Shown here: positions 1 to 12,448 of the stretch, one piece after another | Position numbering within the stretch: the first letter of the stretch is position 1 | Layout of the letters: each line of letters opens with the position of its first letter | Origin: Macrostomum lignano | Lineage: Eukaryota | Direction: 5' to 3' | NCBI GenBank assembly: GCA_002269645.1 | Contig: NIVC01000059.1 | Coordinates: 1,178,001 to 1,242,000, forward strand | DNA: 64,000 nt | Notes under the pieces: model-generated | Told to the model about the DNA's origin: nothing | Database searches by the model: none | The model's input: the letters and a program-made list of their open reading frames with translations, nothing else | Position numbers and translations under genes: made by a program

Positions 1-300
<300 letters not shown>

Positions 301-1074
301 GCAAGTCGCGACAAAACGCTATAAGTAAGTTATAATAGGGCACTTAAAATATTTGTTATTACGAGCTATAGGCCCTTGAAATTGTTATAATTAGGCACTT
401 AAAATACCCGTAGTTTATAATTACGTGCACCTAAGTTACGAATAATTATTTAGTGTTCCAGTTTTCTACTCATTCTAGAAACTGTCCGAAAAGACTAATG
501 CAGATTATTTTCCAAATGATTGCTTAACGATATTAATTCATTAATTCTCAAACGAAAATGAAGGATTCTGTTGGGGGACTTTAACAAGAGTTTCTCGTCT
601 AGCTCTTATCTTAACTACTTTCTGAGTAGTTAGGCGCCTTTGAAACGTGCTCAAGCATTCGATTTCGTACTAATCCAAGGAGCCGAGCTTGGAGCAAACT
701 AACTAACTGACTGACCGACCGCAGGCAGTAATCCCATTATAGCTAGCAGGCAAAATCTAGTCAAGAGTTCAGCTGGTCTACATTATATACTGCAGCTATA
801 CATTGGCTATTGAAATTGATTTCTGCCGAGGGCCAACCGCGGCCTACTGGATTGCAGAGGAGGTCAATCAAGCTGGACACTCTCAAGCCGGACGAATTCA
901 AGTGATTTGAGGGCGGCGGCGTGGAAGGCAGAGAGAATGTTTAAGAATTCCTCCGTAAAAGCAACTTGAGAAGCTGAGAGAGGCGCGCGGACATGGCTTT
1001 GAGGACTGATTTGAGAAGAGTTTGATGAAGCATTCGTGGAGCTGCGCAAATTATGCAGGACATCCTATTGCTTC

Positions 1075-2090
<1,016 letters not shown>

Positions 2091-2789
2091 ATTGTCCGAT
2101 TACTTAGCAAGAATATCTCAATAGTTGAGAAACCACCAGAGTTTGCGCAAATCGCCAAAAGTACATGCACAGCAATGAAAAAGCTATTATAGAAAAATAG
2201 TATGAGTCTATTAGGGCAGCATAAAGTACAATTAGCTAGGGGTAGCATTGTAGTTAAGTGTAGCAGCAGTAACAGATAAAGCATGACCATGCTTATTACA
2301 AAAGTAATATGATCGCAGAACAAAGAGAATTATAACATGCACTCCTATCGCAGGCCTATAATTTCCCGTTAAACTTGCAGTTACAAATAATTGAGCCAAT
2401 TCTAAATGATGGAGGACGTCATGAACAGGACACAAATTGCTTGTAAATGTAGCTATTTGATCTGCCATACTAACTGCAAATAGTAATAATTGAATTAGCT
2501 CTTATCTTAGTAATACATACGGTACATGTAATCGATCCCATGGTTTTATGATTGATGGAGTATGTATATGTATTGTTTCTCCTTCATGATAGTAATTCAT
2601 GAAAGTATAGCTGCAGGGGACGAGAGAATCTGCAGACATTGTATAGCTAGTATAGTATGCGCTGTTTGGAGGGTATATAGGATTCTGAAGGTACTTCTCA
2701 TTTAAACATAGTGGCTTCATATTGGGTATTGCTCAACTATTGTAGTGTAGACTAGCAGTCAAGGGATATTTCTGAGATTATCTAGCACA

Positions 2790-3395
2790 CAAGGGGTATT
2801 TCTCAACTAGCCTAGTTTAGAAAGCGAGGGGTATTTTTCAACTAGCCTTAGTCTAGAAAGCAAGGGGTATTTCTCAACTAGTCTTAGTCAAGAAATCGAG
2901 GGGTATTTCTCAACTAGCTTAGTTTAGAAAGCGAGGGGTATTTTTCAACTAGCCTTAGTCTAGAAAGCAAGGGGTATTTCTCAACTAGTCTAGTCTAGAA
3001 ATCGAGGGGTATTTCTAAACTAGTCTAGTCTGGAAATCGAGGGGTATTTCTATTTCTCAACTAGTTTCAGTCTAAAAAGGGAGGGGAATTTCTCAACTAG
3101 TAGCCTAATCAAGAAATCGAGGGGTATTTCTCAACTAGCCTTAGTCTAGAAAGCGAGGGGAATTTCTCAACTAGTAGCCTAATCAAGAAATCGAGGGGTA
3201 TTTCCCAACTAGTAGCCTAATCAAGAAATCGAGGGGTATTTCCCAACTAGTAGCCTAATCAAGAAATCGAGGGGTATTTCCCAACTAGTAGCCTAATCAA
3301 GAAATCGAGGGGTATTTCCCAACTAGTAGCCTAATCAAGAAATCGAGGGGTATTTCTTAACTAGCTTTAGTCTAGAAAAAGCGAGGGGTATTTCT
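2790..3395. repeat. Minisatellite, ~36-38 bp unit (CTCAACTAG...TCTAGAAAGCGAGGGGTATTT)
   Basis: About 16 degenerate copies of GAGGGGTATTTCTCAACTAG visible. Confidence 0.9.
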
Positions 3396-4299
3396 CACTG
3401 CACTCATATAAAATGTAAACGTGAAATTTACAGCTAGGCATAGAATTAAAAGCTTGTTCACTTATATCGTCGCATTTTCAGACAACTTTCGAGGCATTTC
3501 GTGTGCCTAAGTGCATTGGATAATATAGACATGGCAACTAACGCCCCTGAGGCCCAACCACAAAGGCACAGTGAAGTGTACATGCCTAACGATAAATAAA
3601 GTTAGGGCCGCTGTGCACTCCTGTGTGAGTGTTTACCTGTTCGTTTAATTGTGGGCAGTAATTAATGCCTCTCGCCGGTTGTGTGACAATGTTGCTTATT
3701 ACATGTAAAGTGCGCCAGGGTGCACATGCAGACGGCCACTAATTGAAAATAGAGAACACCACATGTAACCCAAAATGCATGACGTAACTCACTTGAGCTT
3801 AATTAGTTAGACAAGCTTGCAAACATGATCCAGGAAAAATCGAAATGCTGCTACGCCCGAGGAACTTAATCTAGCTGTCTATCGCGTTATAATAATCCAC
3901 TTCTATGCTTCTCTGGGGACTTTCTGCAAGCACGACTGCTCAAGTATATGATGCTGATGCAGCTGAAACACGTCAGCCAATGAATGGCACACTGGGCCAG
4001 CCTCCCAATGCTCCCATGCAATCCCTCTAGGCCAGCTAGATAAAAGACTAGGCCAATATAAAACAAATGTGAATTTGATAAAATTCTTGATAAGAAATCT
4101 TCAAACTAAGATACGACCGCATCCGAAATGTTGAAAAGTTGGAAAAGATGACGCTAATGTTATTGAATATATATTTCGATCCATCTTTAAAACCAATGAC
4201 CCGTTTACCAATACATCGAAAAGACAAAGAATGAAATATACTACTAATGCTTTGCAGCGATAATCTTCCGCAGAATACATTTTTTAATAAAACCGACGC

Positions 4300-4535
4300 T
4301 CACGTGACCTACGATCATAGATAGCGATACTTGGTCATCACGTGACCTATTTCAAAGATGGAGATACTTGATCATCATATGACCTACTTTATAGATAGCA
4401 GCACGTTATCAATGATTATCACGTGACCTACTTTATAGATAGCGATACTTGATTATCACGTGACCTACTTAATAGATAGCGATACTTGATTATCACGTGA
4501 CCTACTTAATAGATAGCGATTAGATCGTCACCTGA
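4300..4535. repeat. ~39-bp tandem repeat carrying CACGTG (ATCACGTGACCTACTT-ATAGATAGCGATACTTGATT)
   Basis: About 6 copies just downstream of the TMEM248 stop. Confidence 0.85.
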
Positions 4536-4572
4536 TAAGAAGAAAAAATTATTATAATCCAATAAAAATTAA

Positions 4573-7504
4573 TTAAGCAGAGTTAATCTTTCTAGCATCC
4601 ATGGACTCCATTAGTAGCAGATCATGCTGCTCCTTCTGCTCTTGATGGTGCTGTTGCTGCTGCTGCTGCTGCTGCTGTGTAAGAAACACATCGCTAGTCT
4701 CAGCTGACAGTGACAGGCTGTTTCGCACTCTCAAGCTAGCAGACTCGTTATCCGGGTCAGTTGATAAGCTCAGGCTGCGGTACATGGGGCTGCCGCCAGT
4801 ACCACCAGTAGCTGCCGACGACAGGCCCGAGTTTCTACTGTGTGACCCGAATGTGGCGGCATAGATCAAGAAGCAAGCGATTAGTACGCTGATTGCGTAA
4901 GCCGTGTGAGACAGATTCTCCTCTGCTACATATTTCTCCTCCTGTGTGACAATGGCATGTTGAGGAGGGTATTAATGAGCTGTGAATGATTACTGATGCT
5001 TTTTAGTGAGCTGTGAATGATTACTGATGATTTTTAGTGAGCTGTGAATGCTAAATCTACAATTACAGGGATCTGTGAAAGCGAAACCTACAATTTTTGG
5101 GATCTGTGAATGCTAAACCTACAATTACAGGGATCTGTGAATGCTAAACCAACAATTACAGGGATCTGTGAATGCTAAACCAACAATTACAGGGATCTGT
5201 GAATGCTAAACCAACAATTACAGGGATCTGTGAATGCTAAACCTACAATTACAGGGATCTGTGAATGCTAAACCAACAATTACAGGGATCTGTGAATGCT
5301 AAACCTACAATTACAGGGATCTGTGAATGCTAAACCTACAATTACAGGGATCTGTGAATGCTAAACCTACAATCACAGGGATCTGTGAATGCTAAACCTA
5401 CAATTTTAGGGTTTTGAGCTCACGCTCGGACCCCTACGGATAGCAGAGGACAATAATTAAGTAAAATTAAAATCACTCACAGTCGATAGCATCTCAGTAA
5501 GCCGAGGATTATGCGAGTACTTCAGCTTCAGTCTGGGCTGCCCAGAACTACAAAAGAACAAACTGGACCAGTACACAGTCTTGAATATGTACATGTAGGA
5601 CATCCTCAGACTGGGCGCTGGATCTCCGCTAGACAGCAGACGTCTGGAGAGATCAAAGCTCGGACTGCCGCACTGTCGGGGCGGCTTCGTTCGAGGGAAG
5701 ATGGACTCGGGACCAACCATTTCGACGCAGATTTTGTCACGCTTCTTTGGCAACTGGGGTATCACAGCCGTGATGTTGATCACCTGGGTGAGGGAATTTA
5801 TGTTAATAAGACTTTAAACGAGTAATTTCAGGTAACACAGGTAAAATAAGAAAGAATCGACTCTCTATTTGACTCTTAAGCAACGAGATGTCACGGTCAC
5901 AAGAGAGGTCAAACTGTCGTCAAAGAATCGCCTAAGAACCAACTTGAGACGTTTTATTGCCTGCGACTTGAGACCACCCTGGGGCGTACCAGAGTCGCTG
6001 TATAGAATCACTGAGTTGCGTCACTTTATGAATTAAAATCGCATTTCACTCAATTTATTCTACTTGAGTTAGTAGAAAGTGAAGCGCTAACAACACAAAC
6101 GACTATTTGGAAGACTTTTTTCGTGAATTGAGTTGTTAAAAAGAACGATTCTGGTCACGGTAACCTTTTTAATCATTACAATTTGGATCCGCACACCTGA
6201 TAAGCTGTACTTCGATCTCTAAGCCCCAACAGTCTGCCACTGATAGCTCCAACCAGTATTGAATAGTTTGACAGCGTGTGTCTCTGCTTATCGTCCAGCT
6301 CCACCCCAAGCAGCATGCGGTGCAGCTTCAGCCGCGGCTGCGCGTGAGCCACCGGCTGCGGCAAGTCGATGGCGCTGTCGCCGTCTATGGTGAAAGCCGA
6401 CAGACGACGAATGAATGGATAAGACTTGTTGCCCGTCAGGCAGATCTCCATTGAGGCGAATCGTTCCAGGAATCTGTTCCAGTCCTGCGTGTGAAGGGTG
6501 GAGCAGACGAAGAGAGCGCTCTGAGTTTTGGGAACTTGTTGGAATTTGGAATTTCTAAAATTTTGGGAGATCTTAAGTTTTTGGATTCTTGGGGTGGAGT
6601 CATGAAGATTTGGGATCATGAGAGTTAGGATAATGAGGATTTGGGTTCATGGGATTTGGGATCATGGGATTTGTGATCATGGAATTTGGGATCATGGGAT
6701 TTGGGATCATGGGATTTGGGATCATGGGATTTGTGATCATGGAATTTGGGATCATGGGATTTGGGATCATGAGATTTGGGATCATGGGATTTGGGATCAT
6801 GGGATTTGGGATCATGGGATTTGGGATCATGGGATTTGGGATCAAGGAATTCGGGATAATGGAATTTTTAATTATATGATTTTGTATCGTGGTTTCTGAG
6901 GGATTTGACATCATGGGATTTTGGAGCATAAGATCTATGATTATGCAATTTGCGGGATTTGAGATCATGGGATTTGAAATGATGAGATTTGCGATCATGG
7001 AATTCGGGATCATGGGATTTGGGATCATGGGATTTGTGATCATGGAATTTAGAATCAATAATATTTGATAGTTTGGGATTCAATATAGTCTTGGGATTAT
7101 AAATTTTGAATATTCTTGGCTTTTTGATAACTTCAACTTGATTGAGTTCTGCGATAAATAATAGATTCTGTTTTGATCAAAGATAAGAATAGTAAGATTA
7201 GGAATTTCTAGTACTAGTGTCTTTTTGATTACAAAAAAAATTCTAAGATTTCAAATTGCAATTCTAAGTCTCAATGCCTACTGTCAGTAGCACCTCAGAG
7301 ATAATGAATTATGAAATAATTAAGAATATAACCAACCTTAGTGGCATCAGGGTTCTGCATATCATTATACTGAATCCAGTAGGACAGAAACAAAAGTGCA
7401 GCAGCAAATATTATTAAGTTAAATAAAAAAATGACAAGTGGCGGTCGAGAGTGAAAGAAATTGCGCAAATTGTTGGCACCTTTGCTGCAACAAAAGAAAA
7501 TCAT
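4573..7504 (-). CDS. TMEM248: Transmembrane protein 248 homolog; exons 7504-7337, 6484-6197, 5783-5481, 4941-4573
   Basis: All introns are GT-AG and phase 0. The spliced protein reads NNLRNFFHSRPPLVIFLFNLII...NPDATK|DWNRFLERF...AYQ|VINITAVIP...CVEMVGPESIFPRTKPPRQC...HNPRLTEMLST|EEKYVAEENLSHTAYAISVLIACFLIYA. This matches recalled TMEM248 motifs (SRPPLVVF, EDWNTFL, INITFTLP, VFPVTVQPPHC, NPKLT, LMHTSY). The start is uncertain because a strong acceptor lies at 7486-7485. Confidence 0.85.
5040..5410. repeat. 31-bp minisatellite (GGGATCTGTGAATGCTAAACCTACAATTACA) in TMEM248 intron 3
   Basis: About 11 near-identical copies. Confidence 0.93.
6600..7085. repeat. 15-bp minisatellite (GGGATCATGGGATTT) in TMEM248 intron 1
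   Basis: Directly visible; it gives the IPNPM/HGIWD pseudo-ORFs. Confidence 0.93.
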
Positions 7505-9245
7505 AATTGCCAGCCAAGGATGCAGTGATGTGCTTTGCCAGTCAGTACAGTTAATTTATTTAAGCATAAATCAAATTTAAATGAAGTTTTGAAATCTGAT
7601 TAATCCTGATATGACTGGATCCTCTGGTTAGACATTAAATCAAATAAAAAAATTGTTTCTTATTTGGCATCAATGAATTAATACTCCTCTCAATTGATTT
7701 CTCAATAATTTTATCACTTATGTAAGTTATTATATATTGTTACTATTTTCCATATAATTTCCCTTGCTTGATTAAAATTATTTTTGATGGTTTTGTCTGC
7801 ATATTCCATTTTGATAGGATTTAATTTTAAGAAATCAGGTAAAGTGGCTTGCTTGGCAAGCAAAAAAAACTACCTGCCTACCTATAAAGTAGTTGTAGGT
7901 TAATAGTCCATAAAGTGGGGCAAAGAACAATGGGCAGAAAAAAATAATGGGCTGAAGGGCATGCTGTTCAGATGGGCTAAGCTTGTGGCTCAAGATGTTG
8001 GTGATAGCCTGTGGGATGCTTCTATGCTGTTGCTTCTCCAGCCAGAGGTTTTGAACCTTTGTTTTCTGCCCATTGGTCTTTGCCCCACCCTATGGACTAT
8101 CAATCTCGAACTACTTTGTACATACAAAATACTCATTAGCTACATTTGTTTTATTGACAAAAAAACTATAAATTTGCTTTACTTACACTTTTCATTTCAA
8201 ACAATATGCCTGAAAATGCACCTTGGTATACAAAATGCATCATAACAACCTGCATGTTAATTTTCAGCTTTCTCTTAATTTTAAGAAAATTTTTTTATGC
8301 AATTGAATATTTTATGCAATTGAACCTAACAACCAACCATTTGTTGGTTGTTAGGTTAAAATTGCAAATAATATTTCAAGTGATATATATATCTAATATC
8401 CTATATACTAAAAAGAAAATCTTTCTTGTATTTCCTATTTATACAAAAGTAACTTAATAAATGTCTATATAAACAAATTGACAAAAATATAATATGTTGC
8501 GATGATTATGCTTTTATAGTGTTAGTAGCATAGGCCTAGTATATATATAATGCTAAATAGTATTGTGGCTATATAAGATTATAATGAAGTGAAGTAGGGG
8601 GAAGTCCACACTCTGGATCATGTAGTATACACCTAAAAATTTGGGTATGCATGCCAAAAGTAGGCGTGCGCAGTTGGCATGCATGATTCCTAAGAAAATA
8701 TACCTGGCATGCACTTTATAGAATCACGCAGAAGAGTTATTGTGAAGTAGAAGAAAAGGTGGAAAAAGTTCATTTCCTACTCTCCAGGTTTTTAAGCTTG
8801 TAAAAAGGCATTTAAACAATTCTTTGCATGTATCAATTTTCTACTATGAATAATGTCACCAAAAAGCAGAAAAAAACCAAATCATCTGTCAAAGAGGGTC
8901 TATTATGCAATGAAAAAAAGGTAATTAATTGTCACAATGTAAAAAAGGCAATTTATTGTTGCAACACTAGCGGAGTTTAAAGAATGGGCATGCACTCCAT
9001 TTTTTAGAGTGCATTTGTAGGCCTAACTATCAATTTTTGTTTGGGTGTGCACCCAGCATGATCTGGACTATGGGGGGAAGTGCATACAGTATATACTACT
9101 GAGAAGTAGAATGTCGGAAGGAGAAGAAATATACAAAGTAGATCTTAAAACAGATAAGGGCCATGACCCTTTGATCTTCGTAATGCCCAGGACTGAAAAT
9201 ATATGCAATGTATTATGTAATATACCAATAGTAATAATAGTAATA

Positions 9246-10509
9246 TATCTGATTGTCAGGCAAGTTCTTTTACATTCAAGAATATTCTATTTTTGGCTGT
9301 TCTTGGAACATTCTGGAACATTCTTGATGTAATGTGCATATAAATAGTAGTATAGTATGCATAAAAAACTACAATAGATAAAACATTCTTTGCTCGACTA
9401 TCTGAAATGGCAAAAGATACTCTGCTCTCAAAAGACCTGCAGTGTATGCTGCTTCTTTTAGACTATCACTCTGGCAAGAATGCGAGCCAATCGGCCATTG
9501 ACATCAATGCTACATTTGGTGCGGGAACCCTCTCCCATCAGACTACCAACAATTGGTTCAGGCAATTCAAGGATTGAGATGAGGACCTTGAAAACAAGCC
9601 TGCAGTGGCTAGTCGGCAGAGCTTGACAACAATGCACTTGAACAACTGCTTGAGTAAGACACCCGGCAGACTATGCATGAGCTGGCTATGCAGCTGGTGT
9701 GTATCACTCCACTGTTGCTGACCACTTTCACAGTCTGAACAAGAAGCCAAAGCTAGGATATTAAGTGCCCACCAGCTGACTGCCACTGACATTGACTGGC
9801 GCATTGAGGCCGCCCTCACCATGCTCTCCTGATCCCACTGTCTGGATTGACTGGATGATGTGGTGACAGGTGACGAAAAATGGTGCCTCTACATCAGCAT
9901 CCAATGTAAGTGACAATGGGTTGATTCTGATGCAAAGCCAGAGTGAGAGGCCAAGGCTGAACTGCACCCCAAAAGGTCATGCTTTCAGTCTTCTGGGACA
10001 CAAAATGAATCATAATGTGGGAGCTGCTGCCAAAGAACAAGAGCATCAATGCTGCCTTCTACCAAGAGCAGCTTGAGTGCCTGTAACAGAAGCTGGCTGA
10101 GGTATACCCTGAATGTCACTGGGTCATCTTGCTGCATGACAATGCACCTGCACACAAGGCACAATTGACTCATCAGAAGCTAATCAAGCTGGGCTGGGAG
10201 ATTCTTCCCCACCCACCATACAGCCCAGATCTTGCACCTACCAATTATTACCTATTTGCCACCCTTGACCATTCTTTGGCTGGCCAGCAATTCAACAATG
10301 AGGATGACCTGAAGACCCACCTGACAAACTTCTTTGAGAGCCAGCACCTAGAGCTCTACAGCCAAGGCATCTACTCCCTGCACATACGCTGGCAGAGGGT
10401 TATTGACCATGATGCTGACTACATTTAAGATTGATAACCCCATTGTATAGAAAAGTATTATATTGAATAAACTTGTGACAAATGTAAAAAAATTCCCAAC
10501 AATCAGATA
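9246..10509 (+). mobile_element. Full-length degenerate mariner (DD34D class) DNA transposon, 1264 bp
   Basis: ATATATCTGATTGT at 9243-9256 is the exact reverse complement of 10499-10512, the TIR similarity extends to about 30 bp, and TA flanks both ends. Transposase relic runs from ATG 9407: HTH region (DYHSGKNASQSAIDINATFG...WFRQFK), then VTGDEKW, LHDNAPAH and HPPYSPDLAPTNYYLF. It has several stops and frameshifts. Confidence 0.93.
9407..10428 (+). pseudogene. Mariner transposase pseudogene
   Basis: Mariner motifs are interrupted by in-frame TGA codons (e.g. 9911-9913) and frameshifts. Confidence 0.9.
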
Positions 10510-11089
10510 TATACTACTCAGGTAAAATTTGCATTTAATGCTACTAGAATAACTGAGAATGCTAGAAATGCTACCAATTTAAGAGATAACTAATACTTAG
10601 AATAATACTAAGATAAATACTTAGACTTATACTAAGAACAATTCTTAGACTAACACTCAGACATATAGGCCTATTTAGACAATTACTTACTGGTAGAATA
10701 ATACTAAAGCTAATTCTAAAAAAGTATAGATTTAGCCTTGTTATAACTTGGTAACAGCATTTAAGGACAGTAGCAAAGATAGAAGCAAAACCCCTATGAC
10801 AATTATAATAAACATAGATTTCTAAAACTTGGCCTTAAAAGACTTGTGCATTTTATAAACCCCATGATATAATTTTCATAGTATAGGCCTAAATTAACAT
10901 TGGGGCTAGTTTTATAATTATTCATGTTTATTTTCATATTTTAAATGCTTAGGGCCTAAGCCTAGCCTACTTGAAGTAGAAATTTAAAACCCATTACTTT
11001 TTCTGTCTTTATTCAATGACTAATAAATTGTTTGGTAAAAAACCTACTTTGTAACCCCATATCTACCCTATCCTATAAGCCATCTAATA

Positions 11090-11175
11090 GGCAACCGATC
11101 AAAAGGGCGACAGATGAAAAGGGCGACAGTTAAAAGGGCGACAGTCAAAAGGGCGACAGTCAAAAGGGTGACAGG
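11090..11175. repeat. Five tandem AAAAGGGCGACAG units, probably the orphan end of a DNA transposon or MITE
   Basis: The repeat is visible; no partner inverted end was found in the window. Confidence 0.55.
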
Positions 11176-12119
11176 GTATTAGACCAAGAACTACTTAAAT
11201 GGAAGGACGGGAAACCTCGTTTCTTAGAAAATCTTAGAATCTTAGCAGTAACAATTTTTGTGCTGACAATTTGTACTTGTATGTTAGAATGGGGTTCTAA
11301 TATTTAATGTACGCTCATACATTGTACATTGAAACATAGATCAGTGGGGTTTATTTATTTCATTCACTGAAATAAATGGACCTCACTGAACCACATTTTA
11401 ACATTTAATAGTGTGTCCAATAGGTGTCCAGCTATCTTTTACATATTGGATTGTATAACGAAAGTGCCATGTTCCGATGTTTTATAAGACAAATGTAAGG
11501 GGATCGTAAAATGAAAGAATGCCAAAGTTATATATCAGAGACGTCTAACTTTTTATTGGATACATAGTTTTTTCTGCTTGGGTCGAATTATAATATATTT
11601 CTAGAAGAATTGGAGTTGGATTTATTAGATAGCTGAACAAAAGGAATGATAAAGATTCACCAGCTTATATTCACTTTCGTCACACGATCTTCAGCTTTCA
11701 AATGATGAAATTATATGTAGGTGATCGTAAGACAAAATCAAAAGAGCTTGTTTCTATTAATAAAATTGTATTAACGAGATCGTATTTTGAGCGTAGGGAT
11801 AAAAGAGATCATAGTTTTCAGAAAAAATGGCGCACTTTTCTTTTCATCACGTAAGTCCGTTTTAGGTCTAATTCTAATTTTTTGAAAGGACTTGTACGCG
11901 TTACACCTTACGGTGAGCTAGTCAGGACGTTTCGATGAAATGTCACCTTTAAAATTCCTGTACTTAAAAAAATAGTGATTCATTTTTTAAACAATTGTTA
12001 GCAAAAACTTTTAAAAGTGTGTTTTCTTGCAGAATTTTTTATGCTTCTTAACGTTTAGAGTATAAAAAAATATATATGTTTTATTTGTTTTTTAACGCAA
12101 GTAAATTTCCGTTAAATGG

Positions 12120-12265
12120 TAGTTACGTCGCTGACTGCTCTGACTGGCACAGCAAAATATTTGTACTAATATTCACAAGTTGTAGACTTTATTAATTATT
12201 CCGAAATCACATCTTTTGTTTTTGCTATTAGGACTAGGGGCTTACGTCAAGGGCCACGTCAAGTT
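12120..12265. promoter_or_regulatory. Candidate bidirectional promoter (TMEM248 / quaking) with CRE/ATF-like motifs
   Basis: TTACGTCA at 12242-12249, CCACGTCA at 12254-12261 and TTACGTCG at 12123 lie in a small CpG-retaining patch about 200 bp before the quaking ATG, between divergent genes. Function is inferred. Confidence 0.3.
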
Positions 12266-12448
12266 TTAGTTTTTGGCTGCTATTTTATAAAGTAGGCCCT
12301 AACCTGTCCTAAGACTAAGTTGAAAGTTCTAACGCCTAATTTAGCTATATTTTTATTAGGCCCGCCTATTGCCTAACGCTTGTTACCATATTAAACTTGA
12401 AGCCATTTTGTTGGAAAAAAGCCACCATTTACTAACCCTGAAATCGCC

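Noticed and set aside
10129-10428. DD34N mariner ORF as a domesticated SETMAR-like gene
   Set aside because: The upstream part has multiple stops and frameshifts, no SET domain is present, TIRs remain, and the Asn is explained by CpG decay.
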